IMG/VR virus record: IMGVR_UViG_3300045988_167732
Coordinates: 64,001-128,000 of that record
Reading direction: 5' to 3' (one strand)
Length of the DNA: 64,000 bases
Source: a virus
This document shows positions 7,423 through 16,443 of this stretch, piece by piece. The notes beneath the pieces were generated by a model. The model ran no database searches. It was given only the letters and a program-made list of their open reading frames with translations, and was not told the origin of the DNA. The translations under genes and the position numbers were made by a program. Position 1 is the first letter of the stretch, and each line of letters begins with the position of its first letter.

Positions 7423-9144
7423 ATGTATAACTACAATAATCCCAACAAGAAGAATAACACTAAGGCTTGGGCTCCTAAGTCTGAGAAGCCTGTTACTCAG
7501 ACCAATCGAGTTAGCCGTAAGGCTTCCTTCATGGATAAGGTTGAGAAGACTGCTAAGGGTTACTACACTCAGGTTGCAGTCCCTTCTCTTCCTGCTGATA
7601 AGCAGTACACTTCTAATGGTGCTATTGCATACAAGTCCTCTGGTTCTGCTCTTCTTGATATCAATACTTCCATCTCTGCTCTTCGTAGTCTCCCCGATGG
7701 TACTATTGTGAATAGGTTCCGTGCAGCTTATTCTGAGAATCCTCGTCTCGCTATTCGTTGGCTGTTCTATGCTGGCGATATCCGTGAGGGTCAGGGGGAG
7801 CGCCGTCTCTTCCAGATTTGCCTTAAGGATATGATGAACAATGGTGGTGCTCAGATTGTGGCGAACCTGATTCCTATGATTCCTGAGTATTCTCGTTGGG
7901 ATTATATCTATGTTGTCATGGATAATCCTACTACTAAGCCTGTTGTTCGTGAACTGATTCGTAAGCAGTGGAAGGAAGATATGGCTAATATGAAGAAGGG
8001 CAAGTCCATTAGCCTTATGGCGAAGTGGCTTGATAGTGCTTCTTCTCACAGCCATGATACTCGTAAGCGTGGTCTTAAGACTATGGATATGCTCGGTCTG
8101 ACTGAGCGTGAGTATCGTAAGGGTCTGTCTGCTCTCCGTAAGCACCTTGATGTTGTTGAGCGTAAGATGTCTTCTCAGAACTGGCAGAGCATTGATTATG
8201 AGACTGTTCCCTCTAAGGCAAACCTTAATTACAATAAGGCTTTCCTTCGTAATGATGAGGAGCGCCGTCGTGCCTATCTGAACGCTCTTACTAAGGGCGA
8301 GGCAAAGATTAATTCTTCCGTATCTAATCCTTGTGACATCGTTCATAAGTACTGTGAAAACGAATGGAATACTTATCCTCGTTCTCGTGATGCTGCCCTT
8401 GAAGGTATGTGGAAGTCTCTTCCTAATCTTGTAACCGACGATAGTTCTACTATTGTTGTTGCAGATGGTTCTGGTTCTATGTGTACTACTGTGGGTCGTA
8501 CTCGTATGACTGCTCTTGAGGTTGCTAACTCTCTTGCAATTTACTTTGCAGAGCGTGCTAAGGGTGCATATAAGGGTCGTTACATTACTTTCTCTGCACA
8601 TCCTCAGATGGTTAATGTGAATCACGACTCTTTGTATGAAAATCTTAGGGAAGCTGCTCGTCATAACGAGGTTGCTAATACCAACCTTGAAGCAGTATTT
8701 GACCTGATTCTTGATACTGCAATTAAGAATCATTCTCCTCAGAGCGATTTGCCTAAAAATATTCTGATTATCAGTGATGGTGGTTGGGATTCTATGGTAA
8801 ATATTCGTAATGTTAGCACTGGCAGTAGTGGCTATGGATATTGGGGCTATAACAGCACTCGTGCTACTGCTAAGGAAGCTCCTGCTTTCCTTAAGTCCAT
8901 TGAGCAGAAGTACAAGAACGCTGGGTATGAGATGAGCAAAATTTGCTTTTGGAATGTATGTGGAAATGGCACTACTGGTAACGGTTTCCCTATGACCAAG
9001 AATGACTATGGTATCATGGTTAGCGGGTTCAGTATCCAAACTTTGAAAATGATTCTCAGCGGCAAGACTAATCCTTGGGATGCGCTTATGGATGTTCTTC
9101 TGACTAAGCGTTATGACGCTGTTGAAACTAAGGCTTTTGCCTAA
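7423..9144 (+). CDS. DUF2828-like / vWA-domain protein (573 aa)
   Basis: ATG 7423 after AAGGAGAAAA; motifs YAGDIREGQGERRLF and VVADGSGSM (vWA MIDAS-like); very strong codon bias. Confidence 0.6.
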   Translation: MYNYNNPNKKNNTKAWAPKSEKPVTQTNRVSRKASFMDKVEKTAKGYYTQVAVPSLPADKQYTSNGAIAYKSSGSALLDINTSISALRSLPDGTIVNRFRAAYSENPRLAIRWLFYAGDIREGQGERRLFQICLKDMMNNGGAQIVANLIPMIPEYSRWDYIYVVMDNPTTKPVVRELIRKQWKEDMANMKKGKSISLMAKWLDSASSHSHDTRKRGLKTMDMLGLTEREYRKGLSALRKHLDVVERKMSSQNWQSIDYETVPSKANLNYNKAFLRNDEERRRAYLNALTKGEAKINSSVSNPCDIVHKYCENEWNTYPRSRDAALEGMWKSLPNLVTDDSSTIVVADGSGSMCTTVGRTRMTALEVANSLAIYFAERAKGAYKGRYITFSAHPQMVNVNHDSLYENLREAARHNEVANTNLEAVFDLILDTAIKNHSPQSDLPKNILIISDGGWDSMVNIRNVSTGSSGYGYWGYNSTRATAKEAPAFLKSIEQKYKNAGYEMSKICFWNVCGNGTTGNGFPMTKNDYGIMVSGFSIQTLKMILSGKTNPWDALMDVLLTKRYDAVETKAFA

Positions 9145-9160
9145 GTAAAAAAATAAATTA

Positions 9161-9189
9161 AGAGAGGGGTTAATTCCCTCTCTTTTTTT
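9161..9189 (+). terminator. rho-independent terminator
   Basis: AGAGAGGG/CCCTCTCT stem followed by a T6 run. Confidence 0.8.
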
Positions 9190-9200
9190 ATTGTTTCCTA

Positions 9201-9229
9201 TTGACAAGCAAGGAAAATTGTGTTATTCT
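9201..9229 (+). promoter_or_regulatory. sigma70-type promoter
   Basis: TTGACA, 17-nt spacer, TGTTATTCT. Confidence 0.6.
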
Positions 9230-9271
9230 TTATATACAATCATAAGCATATTAAGTGAAAGGTATATTATT

Positions 9272-9514
9272 ATGGGCTATTTTCGTAATTTAACTAATGC
9301 AGAACTTTGGTCGGCTTGTTCAGAGCTTAAAGAGATTGAAAAAAAGAATCCTCCAAAAAACAAAGAGAATTGGCCTATTAAGTACGGAAGCTATTTTTCT
9401 AAGGCAGTAGATTATTATGACCATTTCGTATCTATGCCAGTTACAGTAGCGGTAAGCGAACTTAAATTTGAGGTAGAAAGACGAGGTATTATTAATGACT
9501 GTAAAAGAGTATAA
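9272..9514 (+). CDS. hypothetical protein (80 aa)
   Basis: ATG 9272 lies downstream of the promoter; in frame with ORF 9191-9514. Confidence 0.6.
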   Translation: MGYFRNLTNAELWSACSELKEIEKKNPPKNKENWPIKYGSYFSKAVDYYDHFVSMPVTVAVSELKFEVERRGIINDCKRV

Positions 9515-9926
9515 TGAATGGCGTAAAGAGTTTGGTCGTGTTCAAGTTTTACTTTATGCTTTTCCTAATGTTTTAAAGAAAATTGGCAATGAAGATTTAA
9601 TCAAAGAGCTTAAGATTTTAGGGTATGATGAGCATACTCTTGACTTTCTTAATTCAGCTATGGATGCTTGGGAGAAAGTTGAAAAAGAAGAGCTTATGAA
9701 AGATATGAATGTTCAACCTGACCCAGATACTATTCCAGTTCCTAAGAAAGCACCTGTTGCACCTGAAGAGCCTAAAAATCCTTCTATTTCTAATTATCAT
9801 TTTCAACCTGCTTGGTGTAGTAATTGTATTCATAGTTGGGGAATAGACTGTTTTAGAGACCCTCTAAATGATATACCTTGCCCTAATTATAGAAGAGACC
9901 CGCCCGACGGAGGTTTTTACGGATAA
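9495..9926 (+). CDS. hypothetical protein (143 aa)
   Basis: ORF track; SD GAGGT. Confidence 0.65.
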   Translation: MTVKEYNEWRKEFGRVQVLLYAFPNVLKKIGNEDLIKELKILGYDEHTLDFLNSAMDAWEKVEKEELMKDMNVQPDPDTIPVPKKAPVAPEEPKNPSISNYHFQPAWCSNCIHSWGIDCFRDPLNDIPCPNYRRDPPDGGFYG

Positions 9927-10867
9927 TGAGAGTTTTATCTTTGTTTGATGGTATTTGTTGCGGTCATCTTGCACTTGAAAGAGCTGGAATTAAGATTGAT
10001 TCTTATGATGCTTATGAAATTGAAAAGAACGCCATTAAAGCTACAGAAACAAATTTCCCTGATGTAGTTCATCATGGAGATGTAACTAAAGAAGATTTTA
10101 CAAAATATAAAGGGAAACTTGATTTAATTATCGGAGGTTCGCCCTGCCAAGGCTTTTCTTCTTCGGGTAAACAACTTAATTTCAATGACCCTCGAAGCAA
10201 ACTCTTCTTTGAATATGTGAGAGCAATTAAGGAATGTCAACCTAAATACTTTCTCCTTGAAAATGTTGTAATGAAAAAGGAATGGCAAGATATTATTTCT
10301 TCTTATCTTGGAGTAGAACCTATTGAGATTAATTCTTCTCTTGTTTCAGCACAAAATAGACGTAGACTTTATTGGACTAATATCCCTAATGTAACACTTC
10401 CCGAAGATAAAAACATTACTCTGGAAGATATTCTTGAAGATATTGAATTTCCTAATCCTGCGGCGATTAGAGGACGTAGATTAAACAAAGCTACTATTGT
10501 TGGTCGCAGATTAGATGAAAATGGCCATAGAAAAGATACTGATAAAACAATTCCTATTACACAATGTCTTGAAGTCCGCGCTACAAATACAGACAAATCA
10601 AATTGTCTCACTACTGTAGACAAGGATAATGTTCTTACACCACTTCCTATTGGTAGACATCCAGATGCTTTTAAAAATAATTTGCCTTTTAGATATTACA
10701 CTACAAAAGAAATGTGTCGTTTACAGACTGTTCCTGATGATTTTCTTAACATGATTCCAGATAGTGCAGCAAGAAAAGCTTTAGGTAACGGATGGACTGT
10801 AGATGTAATTGCTCATATTTTTAGTTTTCTTCCAGATGAATATAAAGAGGACAAAATAAATGATTAA
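9926..10867 (+). CDS. DNA (cytosine-5)-methyltransferase
   Basis: Motifs LSLFDGI (I), GGSPCQGFS (IV), LLENV (VI), QNRRR (VIII), GNGWTV (X). Confidence 0.9.
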   Translation: MRVLSLFDGICCGHLALERAGIKIDSYDAYEIEKNAIKATETNFPDVVHHGDVTKEDFTKYKGKLDLIIGGSPCQGFSSSGKQLNFNDPRSKLFFEYVRAIKECQPKYFLLENVVMKKEWQDIISSYLGVEPIEINSSLVSAQNRRRLYWTNIPNVTLPEDKNITLEDILEDIEFPNPAAIRGRRLNKATIVGRRLDENGHRKDTDKTIPITQCLEVRATNTDKSNCLTTVDKDNVLTPLPIGRHPDAFKNNLPFRYYTTKEMCRLQTVPDDFLNMIPDSAARKALGNGWTVDVIAHIFSFLPDEYKEDKIND

Positions 10868-11045
10868 GATTGGTGAAAAAGAATTTGTTAATGGAGATAT
10901 CTATTACAATCCTTTTTTTGGGGATTTGTGGATAATTCAAAATAACACCGAGATACGCAAAATCAATGACACTTATACTACTGATGTTAACGATGTTGTT
11001 GGTTTTATATATGTCGGACATGTTGATTTGGAGGTAATACAATGA
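10860..11045 (+). CDS. hypothetical small protein (61 aa)
   Basis: ORF track; overlaps its neighbours in operon style. Confidence 0.5.
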   Translation: MIKIGEKEFVNGDIYYNPFFGDLWIIQNNTEIRKINDTYTTDVNDVVGFIYVGHVDLEVIQ

Positions 11046-11407
11046 GTTATGATATTAGTTATAGAGTTCAATGTAAAGATGACCCTAAACTTTGGGCTGA
11101 TGTTGGAAACTGTGAAGCAAATATTACTTACAATTTGCGTGAAATGATTTAGAAATCTACAGGCTTAGAATGGAAAAATGAAGAAGATAATGGTCTTGTA
11201 AAAGATGTTATTCCTTTTATCATTCATGGTTTAGAAGAGCTTGAAAGATTTCCAAATAAATATAAACAATATGAATCTCCTAATGGATGGGGAACAATTA
11301 GTGGATGCAAGAGTTTTTTTACTCGATGTATTTTAGATTGGACTAATTTTACAGAAGATAGTTGGACTTCTCCTTATAAAGACATTGTTCATTTTTGGAT
11401 TGTATGA
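11042..11407 (+). CDS. hypothetical protein (121 aa) with one in-frame TAG
   Basis: ATGA overlap start; TAG at 11150-11152; otherwise open to TGA 11405-11407; absent from the ORF track. Confidence 0.65.
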
Positions 11408-11604
11408 AATCAAATCAACATTTAATAAATCTAAATTTGGCAAATTGTTTGTTTTATTTATATTATTTTATTTTAATTGGAATAGCAGGATTAGATAATT
11501 CAACTGGAGAAATATTAACTCCTTTTTGTTTATTTATAAGTGGTTGTTTATTTATGATTGCTGTTCATTTTTTCAAACTTTATTTAAAGGACAAAGAAAA
11601 ATGA
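11404..11604 (+). CDS. small membrane protein
   Basis: ATG in an ATGA overlap; hydrophobic sequence. Confidence 0.55.
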   Translation: MKSNQHLINLNLANCLFYLYYFILIGIAGLDNSTGEILTPFCLFISGCLFMIAVHFFKLYLKDKEK

Positions 11605-11828
11605 CGATTGAAAGACTAAGAGATATTCTCAATGATGTAGCAAACGGTGCAAATTGGGAACTATACAAAAACTCATTAGTAGTAATTAGCGTAGAAGATT
11701 CTAGAAACACTGTGGGAAGTAGACCTTACACAAAAGTTCGCTCAGTAGGCATGGGCTTTGATTGGGAAGCAGGTCAATTTAGAATTGAACCTGAAAATAA
11801 ATTAATGGAGGTTAGTAAAAGAAAATGA
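11601..11828 (+). CDS. hypothetical protein (75 aa)
   Basis: ATG 11601 in an ATGA overlap; in frame with ORF 11526-11828. Confidence 0.6.
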   Translation: MTIERLRDILNDVANGANWELYKNSLVVISVEDSRNTVGSRPYTKVRSVGMGFDWEAGQFRIEPENKLMEVSKRK

Positions 11829-12097
11829 ACACTACTCAAGTTGCTTTGTGCATCATCCTTGCTATCGGAGTTTTAACAATTTTCTTTTTAGCAGGAACTA
11901 TTATTGGTGGTATCCATGCTTATTCAAAAGCTTTTGCAGAAGCCGAAGAAACCCATAAAAATTTAGATGAGGCTAAAGAAAGTCTTATTAAATCTTTAGA
12001 AGGGAAAGCAGAAGCACAAAAAGAACTTATTGAATCCTATGAAGAGCTGGTAAAAACTCTTCAAGAAAAAAATAATAAACCCTTGACAGAAAATTAA
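11825..12097 (+). CDS. membrane-anchored coiled-coil protein
   Basis: ORF track; N-terminal transmembrane segment, then a charged helical region. Confidence 0.6.
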   Translation: MNTTQVALCIILAIGVLTIFFLAGTIIGGIHAYSKAFAEAEETHKNLDEAKESLIKSLEGKAEAQKELIESYEELVKTLQEKNNKPLTEN

Positions 12098-12111
12098 TCT
12101 TATGGTATATT
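12083..12111 (+). promoter_or_regulatory. sigma70-type promoter of the large ncRNA
   Basis: TTGACA 12083-12088, 17-nt spacer, TGGTATATT. Confidence 0.7.
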
Positions 12112-12117
12112 AAGATT

Positions 12118-12746
12118 GTCCCAAGGGAAAGGGCGAAAAAAGTGCGGAAGAGATTCCCATTGGTTTGCACTACTCGGGCCTGATAGACAAATCACGTTCT
12201 TACCTGTAAGACATACAATTGAATATTCAATAATAGCTGAGATGCAATGACTTCGAAAGAAGCACCCTTCATAGGAATAGGAACTATGAAGATACTAAGA
12301 GCGTCAAGCTCTCCACCTGAAAGTTAATGGTGGAAATTCTTGCAAGAATCACGAAATCCTACCTTCCGAATTCTTGCTCGGTAGTGTAGGTTGATTGCCA
12401 ACTGAAGGATGTTGGACGAAGAGCGTCGCATTTCTTTAAATGCTAGGACCAGTGGCTCATAGTGAGGTGAACGTCGTCTATTCCTCACCTTTAATAAGAA
12501 TCCGATGGGGGTCGGAGCGCTTGTTATCGTATTTGAATAACCTACGGGTAGGTTGTTCGCAGTTTTACAGAAGACTTGTAAGCACTTGTCCGTCAAAATG
12601 GATAGCCGCAAACGGGAAAGTTTCAATGAGTGTAGGAAGTAATGTAACGGGGAATAACTTCTAAGTCTTTACAATTTATTGAATTAGCTAATTTAATAAA
12701 AGGTCTCATAATTAATTTAATATTGATTATGAGACTATTATTTTTA
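12118..12746 (+). ncRNA. large structured ncRNA of about 630 nt, class unknown
   Basis: Consensus promoter upstream; stops in all frames; G+C visibly above its surroundings; many local hairpins including CTTC-GAAA-GAAG; ends in a GTCTCATAAT/ATTATGAGAC stem plus T-run. Confidence 0.7.
12702..12746 (+). terminator. rho-independent terminator
   Basis: 10-bp stem GTCTCATAAT/ATTATGAGAC followed by TATTATTTTT. Confidence 0.7.
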
Positions 12747-12761
12747 TAATAGAGGTGTAAC

Positions 12762-13247
12762 ATGGATAATTTCTGGAAGACATCATTGGAAAACAAGAAG
12801 AAAGAACTTTCTGAAATTAATAAAGATTTAAACAAACTTACAAAAAAATCTTATGATGAATATATTATGAAAGAACTCGCTCCAAAGCTGATTGGAAAAT
12901 GTTACATTCATCGGGGACATTATATTATGATTGTTCAACCTCCCAAATTGTTAGAAGGAAGATGTGAGGTTAACTATTCTTCTTCATGGGGTTGTATTGA
13001 GATTAACAATTTTGAAAATGAAACACCTTATGGTTGCTATACAGATTCAGAAATTGATTTAGCTCCTTATTATAATGAGGACATTGATTTGTTTTTCCTT
13101 TTAAATTATCCGAAAAATTTTACCCGTTTTCAGCCTATTTCTTGTGACGAGTTTTACGCCAAAATGGATGAAGCGATTTGCGAGTCTAAAAAGAGGATTG
13201 AAAATATGCTGAAAAAGGTAAATCCACGCAAATTTTACAGGTTTTAA
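12762..13247 (+). CDS. hypothetical protein (161 aa)
   Basis: ORF track; SD AGAGGTG. Confidence 0.7.
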   Translation: MDNFWKTSLENKKKELSEINKDLNKLTKKSYDEYIMKELAPKLIGKCYIHRGHYIMIVQPPKLLEGRCEVNYSSSWGCIEINNFENETPYGCYTDSEIDLAPYYNEDIDLFFLLNYPKNFTRFQPISCDEFYAKMDEAICESKKRIENMLKKVNPRKFYRF

Positions 13248-13290
13248 TGTCAAAAATAGGTCAAAACGAGTAAAAAGAGGTAAATAAAAT

Positions 13291-14310
13291 ATGTTTTTTA
13301 AGAAGCCCGAAAAAAAGGTTGTTCTCGAATATGAATCTTACCCTGCATCTGGTGTAGATTTTGAAGAATCTTCCAGCGAATCTTACACGAATAATCTTCC
13401 TAATCACACAGTTCTCAGCAGAAATACTTGGGAATATGAAAAAATGGAAGATGTACCTTTTCCTATCGGAGAAGATTGGGAATGGATTGATTGTTACAAA
13501 GCTCTTTATAAGGTCTATTACCTTACTAATAAAGAAGTAAAATATATAGGTCCTAGTCGAAACTTTGCATACGAACTGAACAAAATCTATTCTTTACCAG
13601 AAGGAGAAGAAGAATTTAGCAAAGTGGATTACTGTGGCAATGGTTTTCATGCTTGTTTAACTGTAAAAGATGCTTTAACTTGGTATAATTACATTTCTTA
13701 TGATGCATTCATTGCTGATTATAATTATAGTTATAGTGTTGCTATTAAACTAACTGTTGTTGCTAAAGCAAAACTTTTGGTTAACAAAAAAGATTTGGCA
13801 AATTGCTATGGTAATACTAAACTTGACAACGGTAAAGTTGTAGGGAAAGCTATTATCTTAACTGGTTTTGTTAATCCAAAAGAAGTTTATGATAACCGAA
13901 AAGAAGACGTATATTGGAGAATTGACGTTCTTAATGATTACGGTTGTGATTATTTAAAAGCCATCTGCAAAAAAGAAGGCATTAATCTCAATGTTTTAAA
14001 TAAGTTAATCAAAAAGCTTGAAATTACTTTTCCCTACTATGAGAAAATACTTGACTTTATTGATGATAAAAATATCTCTACAACGGCTTATATCAACGCT
14101 ATGTTAGATGCATACCGTATTAATAGTAAAGAAATTTATCAATGCTTAAACATGAGTTATGGTCAAGTATTGACGGAAGAAATCGTAAACAACCTTGACT
14201 ATCAATTTGCAATGCGTTTAGCTGACAATGATGATGCTTATAACAGAAGCTTATCTGTAGCTGAAAAAATGCAGATTCTTTATTCTCATCAGATGATTTC
14301 TAAAAAGTAA
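13291..14310 (+). CDS. hypothetical protein (339 aa)
   Basis: ORF track; SD AGAGGT. Confidence 0.7.
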   Translation: MFFKKPEKKVVLEYESYPASGVDFEESSSESYTNNLPNHTVLSRNTWEYEKMEDVPFPIGEDWEWIDCYKALYKVYYLTNKEVKYIGPSRNFAYELNKIYSLPEGEEEFSKVDYCGNGFHACLTVKDALTWYNYISYDAFIADYNYSYSVAIKLTVVAKAKLLVNKKDLANCYGNTKLDNGKVVGKAIILTGFVNPKEVYDNRKEDVYWRIDVLNDYGCDYLKAICKKEGINLNVLNKLIKKLEITFPYYEKILDFIDDKNISTTAYINAMLDAYRINSKEIYQCLNMSYGQVLTEEIVNNLDYQFAMRLADNDDAYNRSLSVAEKMQILYSHQMISKK

Positions 14311-14322
14311 ATTAATAAGTGG

Positions 14323-14351
14323 TTGACAAACTCGAAAGAGTATGTTAATAT
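14323..14351 (+). promoter_or_regulatory. sigma70-type promoter
   Basis: TTGACA 14323-14328, 17-nt spacer, TGTTAATAT. Confidence 0.65.
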
Positions 14352-14357
14352 AATAAT

Positions 14358-14482
14358 AAGAACTGTGGTACAATTTACCTCCTTATAATAGACTGGATTT
14401 GCTAATAAGGCCACCTCCTTTTTCGTATTTTGTTCATGTTTGTTTCCTCCAAAAACAAATTTTGTACCACAGTTCTTTTTTA
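14358..14482 (+). ncRNA. panhandle sRNA or attenuating leader with three CCUCC motifs
   Basis: A perfect 16-bp closing stem (14358-14373 with 14462-14477) starts at the predicted transcription start and is followed by a T-run; the interior holds CCTCC three times, one in a hairpin loop. Confidence 0.5.
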
Positions 14483-14505
14483 TTCCTTTGCAAAGGAGTT
14501 TACTA

Positions 14506-14730
14506 ATGAGATTGAATGATGTATCTCTAATAGGTTTTGCTCTTTATCTCTTATGCGGGTTTGCCGTAACATATAATGTTTATAATTGTCCTGCTAATAA
14601 AAATGATAAAGAAGTAACCTTGTTGCATTATTTAACTTTGATTTTTTGCTGGCCTATTGCTCTTGTTATGGCAGCAATTTATTGGTTTAAGATTCAAAGT
14701 GAAATAAGAAAACAAAAGAAAATTAAATAA
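14506..14730 (+). CDS. small membrane protein (74 aa)
   Basis: ATG 14506 after AAAGGAG; hydrophobic. Confidence 0.65.
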   Translation: MRLNDVSLIGFALYLLCGFAVTYNVYNCPANKNDKEVTLLHYLTLIFCWPIALVMAAIYWFKIQSEIRKQKKIK

Positions 14731-14735
14731 AACTC

Positions 14736-14764
14736 TTGACAACAGACTCTTTTTGGTTTATACT
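14736..14764 (+). promoter_or_regulatory. sigma70-type promoter
   Basis: TTGACA, 17-nt spacer, TATACT. Confidence 0.65.
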
Positions 14765-14801
14765 ATTGATAGTAAATTAGACTGAAAGGAGTCTTTTCTA
14801 T

Positions 14802-15623
14802 ATGTGCAAATGGTGTGAGAATTATAGATTCACTATTAACGCTACAAGTAAAAAGAATCTTATTGACCATGGGGATTTTTATGTTCCTGCTAATTATTGT
14901 CCTGTATGTGGTACTTTACTAAATGAAAATCTCAAAAAGGATAATGATTTAAACAAACGCTATATTATTCGTGTTAAGCCTAATGTAACAGGATTGGGGG
15001 TCCCTGTAAATGGACAAAACTATTATTATACTGCGGAAGGTATGACCCGTGAAGAGGTCATTTTTGAAACAAAAAATGAAGCTTGTCCTTTTAAGACTTA
15101 CTTCGAAGCAAAATGCACGGCTGATTGGTTTTTCAATGAAGAAGATTATGAAATTGAAGAAATTGTAAGCCCTAATACGCCAAAAGAATCCTCAACAAAA
15201 AAAAGCAAAGAGCGAGTTTGTTTTGCTAAAATTAAAGTTCCTATTGGAAGCAAAGAAGACCAAGAAAGAAAAGTTTTTTATAAGGGGGCTACTCCTTTTG
15301 GTGATAAACCTATCCTTACAGATGAAGATGGAGCAAAATATTTTAGCTCTACTAAAGCTCTTAAAGAAGAATTGGACTGGTTTTATAAACCAGAAGATTA
15401 TATTGTTATTTTCAAAGATATTGTCAAAATGGCATTGCCTGACCATAAAGATGAAAAGAAAGAAAAACTTCCTCATTTTACGAAGGAAGATTTTTACTAT
15501 AAGTCTGATTCTGGTAGTGTAATTAGTACAATTTATGATAGAAATACGAACAAAAAATACGAATTTTCTTCTAAGACAATTGATAAATTTAATCAAATCA
15601 TAGATAAACTTAACAGTTTATAA
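14802..15623 (+). CDS. hypothetical protein with an N-terminal zinc ribbon
   Basis: ORF track; CKWC...CPVC; SD AAAGGAG. Confidence 0.7.
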   Translation: MCKWCENYRFTINATSKKNLIDHGDFYVPANYCPVCGTLLNENLKKDNDLNKRYIIRVKPNVTGLGVPVNGQNYYYTAEGMTREEVIFETKNEACPFKTYFEAKCTADWFFNEEDYEIEEIVSPNTPKESSTKKSKERVCFAKIKVPIGSKEDQERKVFYKGATPFGDKPILTDEDGAKYFSSTKALKEELDWFYKPEDYIVIFKDIVKMALPDHKDEKKEKLPHFTKEDFYYKSDSGSVISTIYDRNTNKKYEFSSKTIDKFNQIIDKLNSL

Positions 15624-15649
15624 TTAAAACAAAGTAAAGGAATGATAAT

Positions 15650-16144
15650 ATGATTAGTCCGACATATGGACGAGTAAATATGAAACAAATAGCCAAAATT
15701 ATTTTTGACTATATTAGAGAACGTACAGATGTAGCAGAACATAATCATATTGTCATTGGTACTGATAGTCAAAATCACAAAGATGAAACAAAAGCCGTCA
15801 TTGTCATTGCTGTCTATACCGATGGCAAAGGTGGTAAGTTCTTCTATGAGATTCAAAAACTACCCATTATCTTAAATTTGAAAGTTAAAATTCACAAAGA
15901 AACTGAATTAAGCATTGCTTATGCTGACCAGTTAATTGATGAATTAACAACTTTGTCTATTCAAGAAAATTTTGACTATGAAAAGTATACTAGCATTGGG
16001 ATTCATGTAGATGCTGGATATGCTGGACCAAGTGGTCAAGTAATTCCAGAAATTGTTGGATGGTTGAAAGGTGCTGGTTACGAACCAACTGTTAAACCAG
16101 ATAGTTTTGTAGCAAGTACGATTGCAGACAGGATTAGTAAATGA
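15650..16144 (+). CDS. YkuK/DUF458-like RNase H-fold protein (tentative)
   Basis: IVIGTDSQNH motif and size resemble the YkuK family; recalled from memory only. Confidence 0.45.
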   Translation: MISPTYGRVNMKQIAKIIFDYIRERTDVAEHNHIVIGTDSQNHKDETKAVIVIAVYTDGKGGKFFYEIQKLPIILNLKVKIHKETELSIAYADQLIDELTTLSIQENFDYEKYTSIGIHVDAGYAGPSGQVIPEIVGWLKGAGYEPTVKPDSFVASTIADRISK

Positions 16145-16443
16145 AAAGTTCAAAAGATTTTTATTCTAATTGTTTACTTGAAGCTATTAAAGCTAAAATA
16201 AAAAATCCTAAAATTAAAATAATGTATCTTCCTGCTTTCTTGAATGAAGTTCCTTGCCCACATTGGATGTGGCTTGATGAGGAAGGAGAACATGATTTTC
16301 ATTACAAGGGATGCTTACCTTGGTATAAATGGGTTTGGCATAAAGGTCATATAAGAACAGTTCATCGAGGTTGTTATAAAGGCTGTATTGACCAGATGAT
16401 TGAAAAGAAATACTACAAAGGAGAAAAACAAAATGGCAACTAA
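16141..16443 (+). CDS. hypothetical protein (100 aa)
   Basis: ORF track; ATGA overlap. Confidence 0.6.
   Translation: MKSSKDFYSNCLLEAIKAKIKNPKIKIMYLPAFLNEVPCPHWMWLDEEGEHDFHYKGCLPWYKWVWHKGHIRTVHRGCYKGCIDQMIEKKYYKGEKQNGN

Noticed and set aside
7405-9207. 600-aa ORF on the - strand
   Set aside because: It lies exactly antisense to the strongly codon-biased 7423-9144 gene, which has an SD, recognisable motifs and a terminator. The translation is low-complexity (rich in L, S, T, I, R) with no SD, so it is a shadow ORF.
12324-12664. 100-aa (-) and 74-aa (+) ORFs inside the 12.1-12.7 kb region
   Set aside because: They have no SD, Arg/Ser-rich unnatural translations, and lie in a G+C-rich hairpin-dense segment bounded by a promoter and a terminator. 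The region is better explained as ncRNA.
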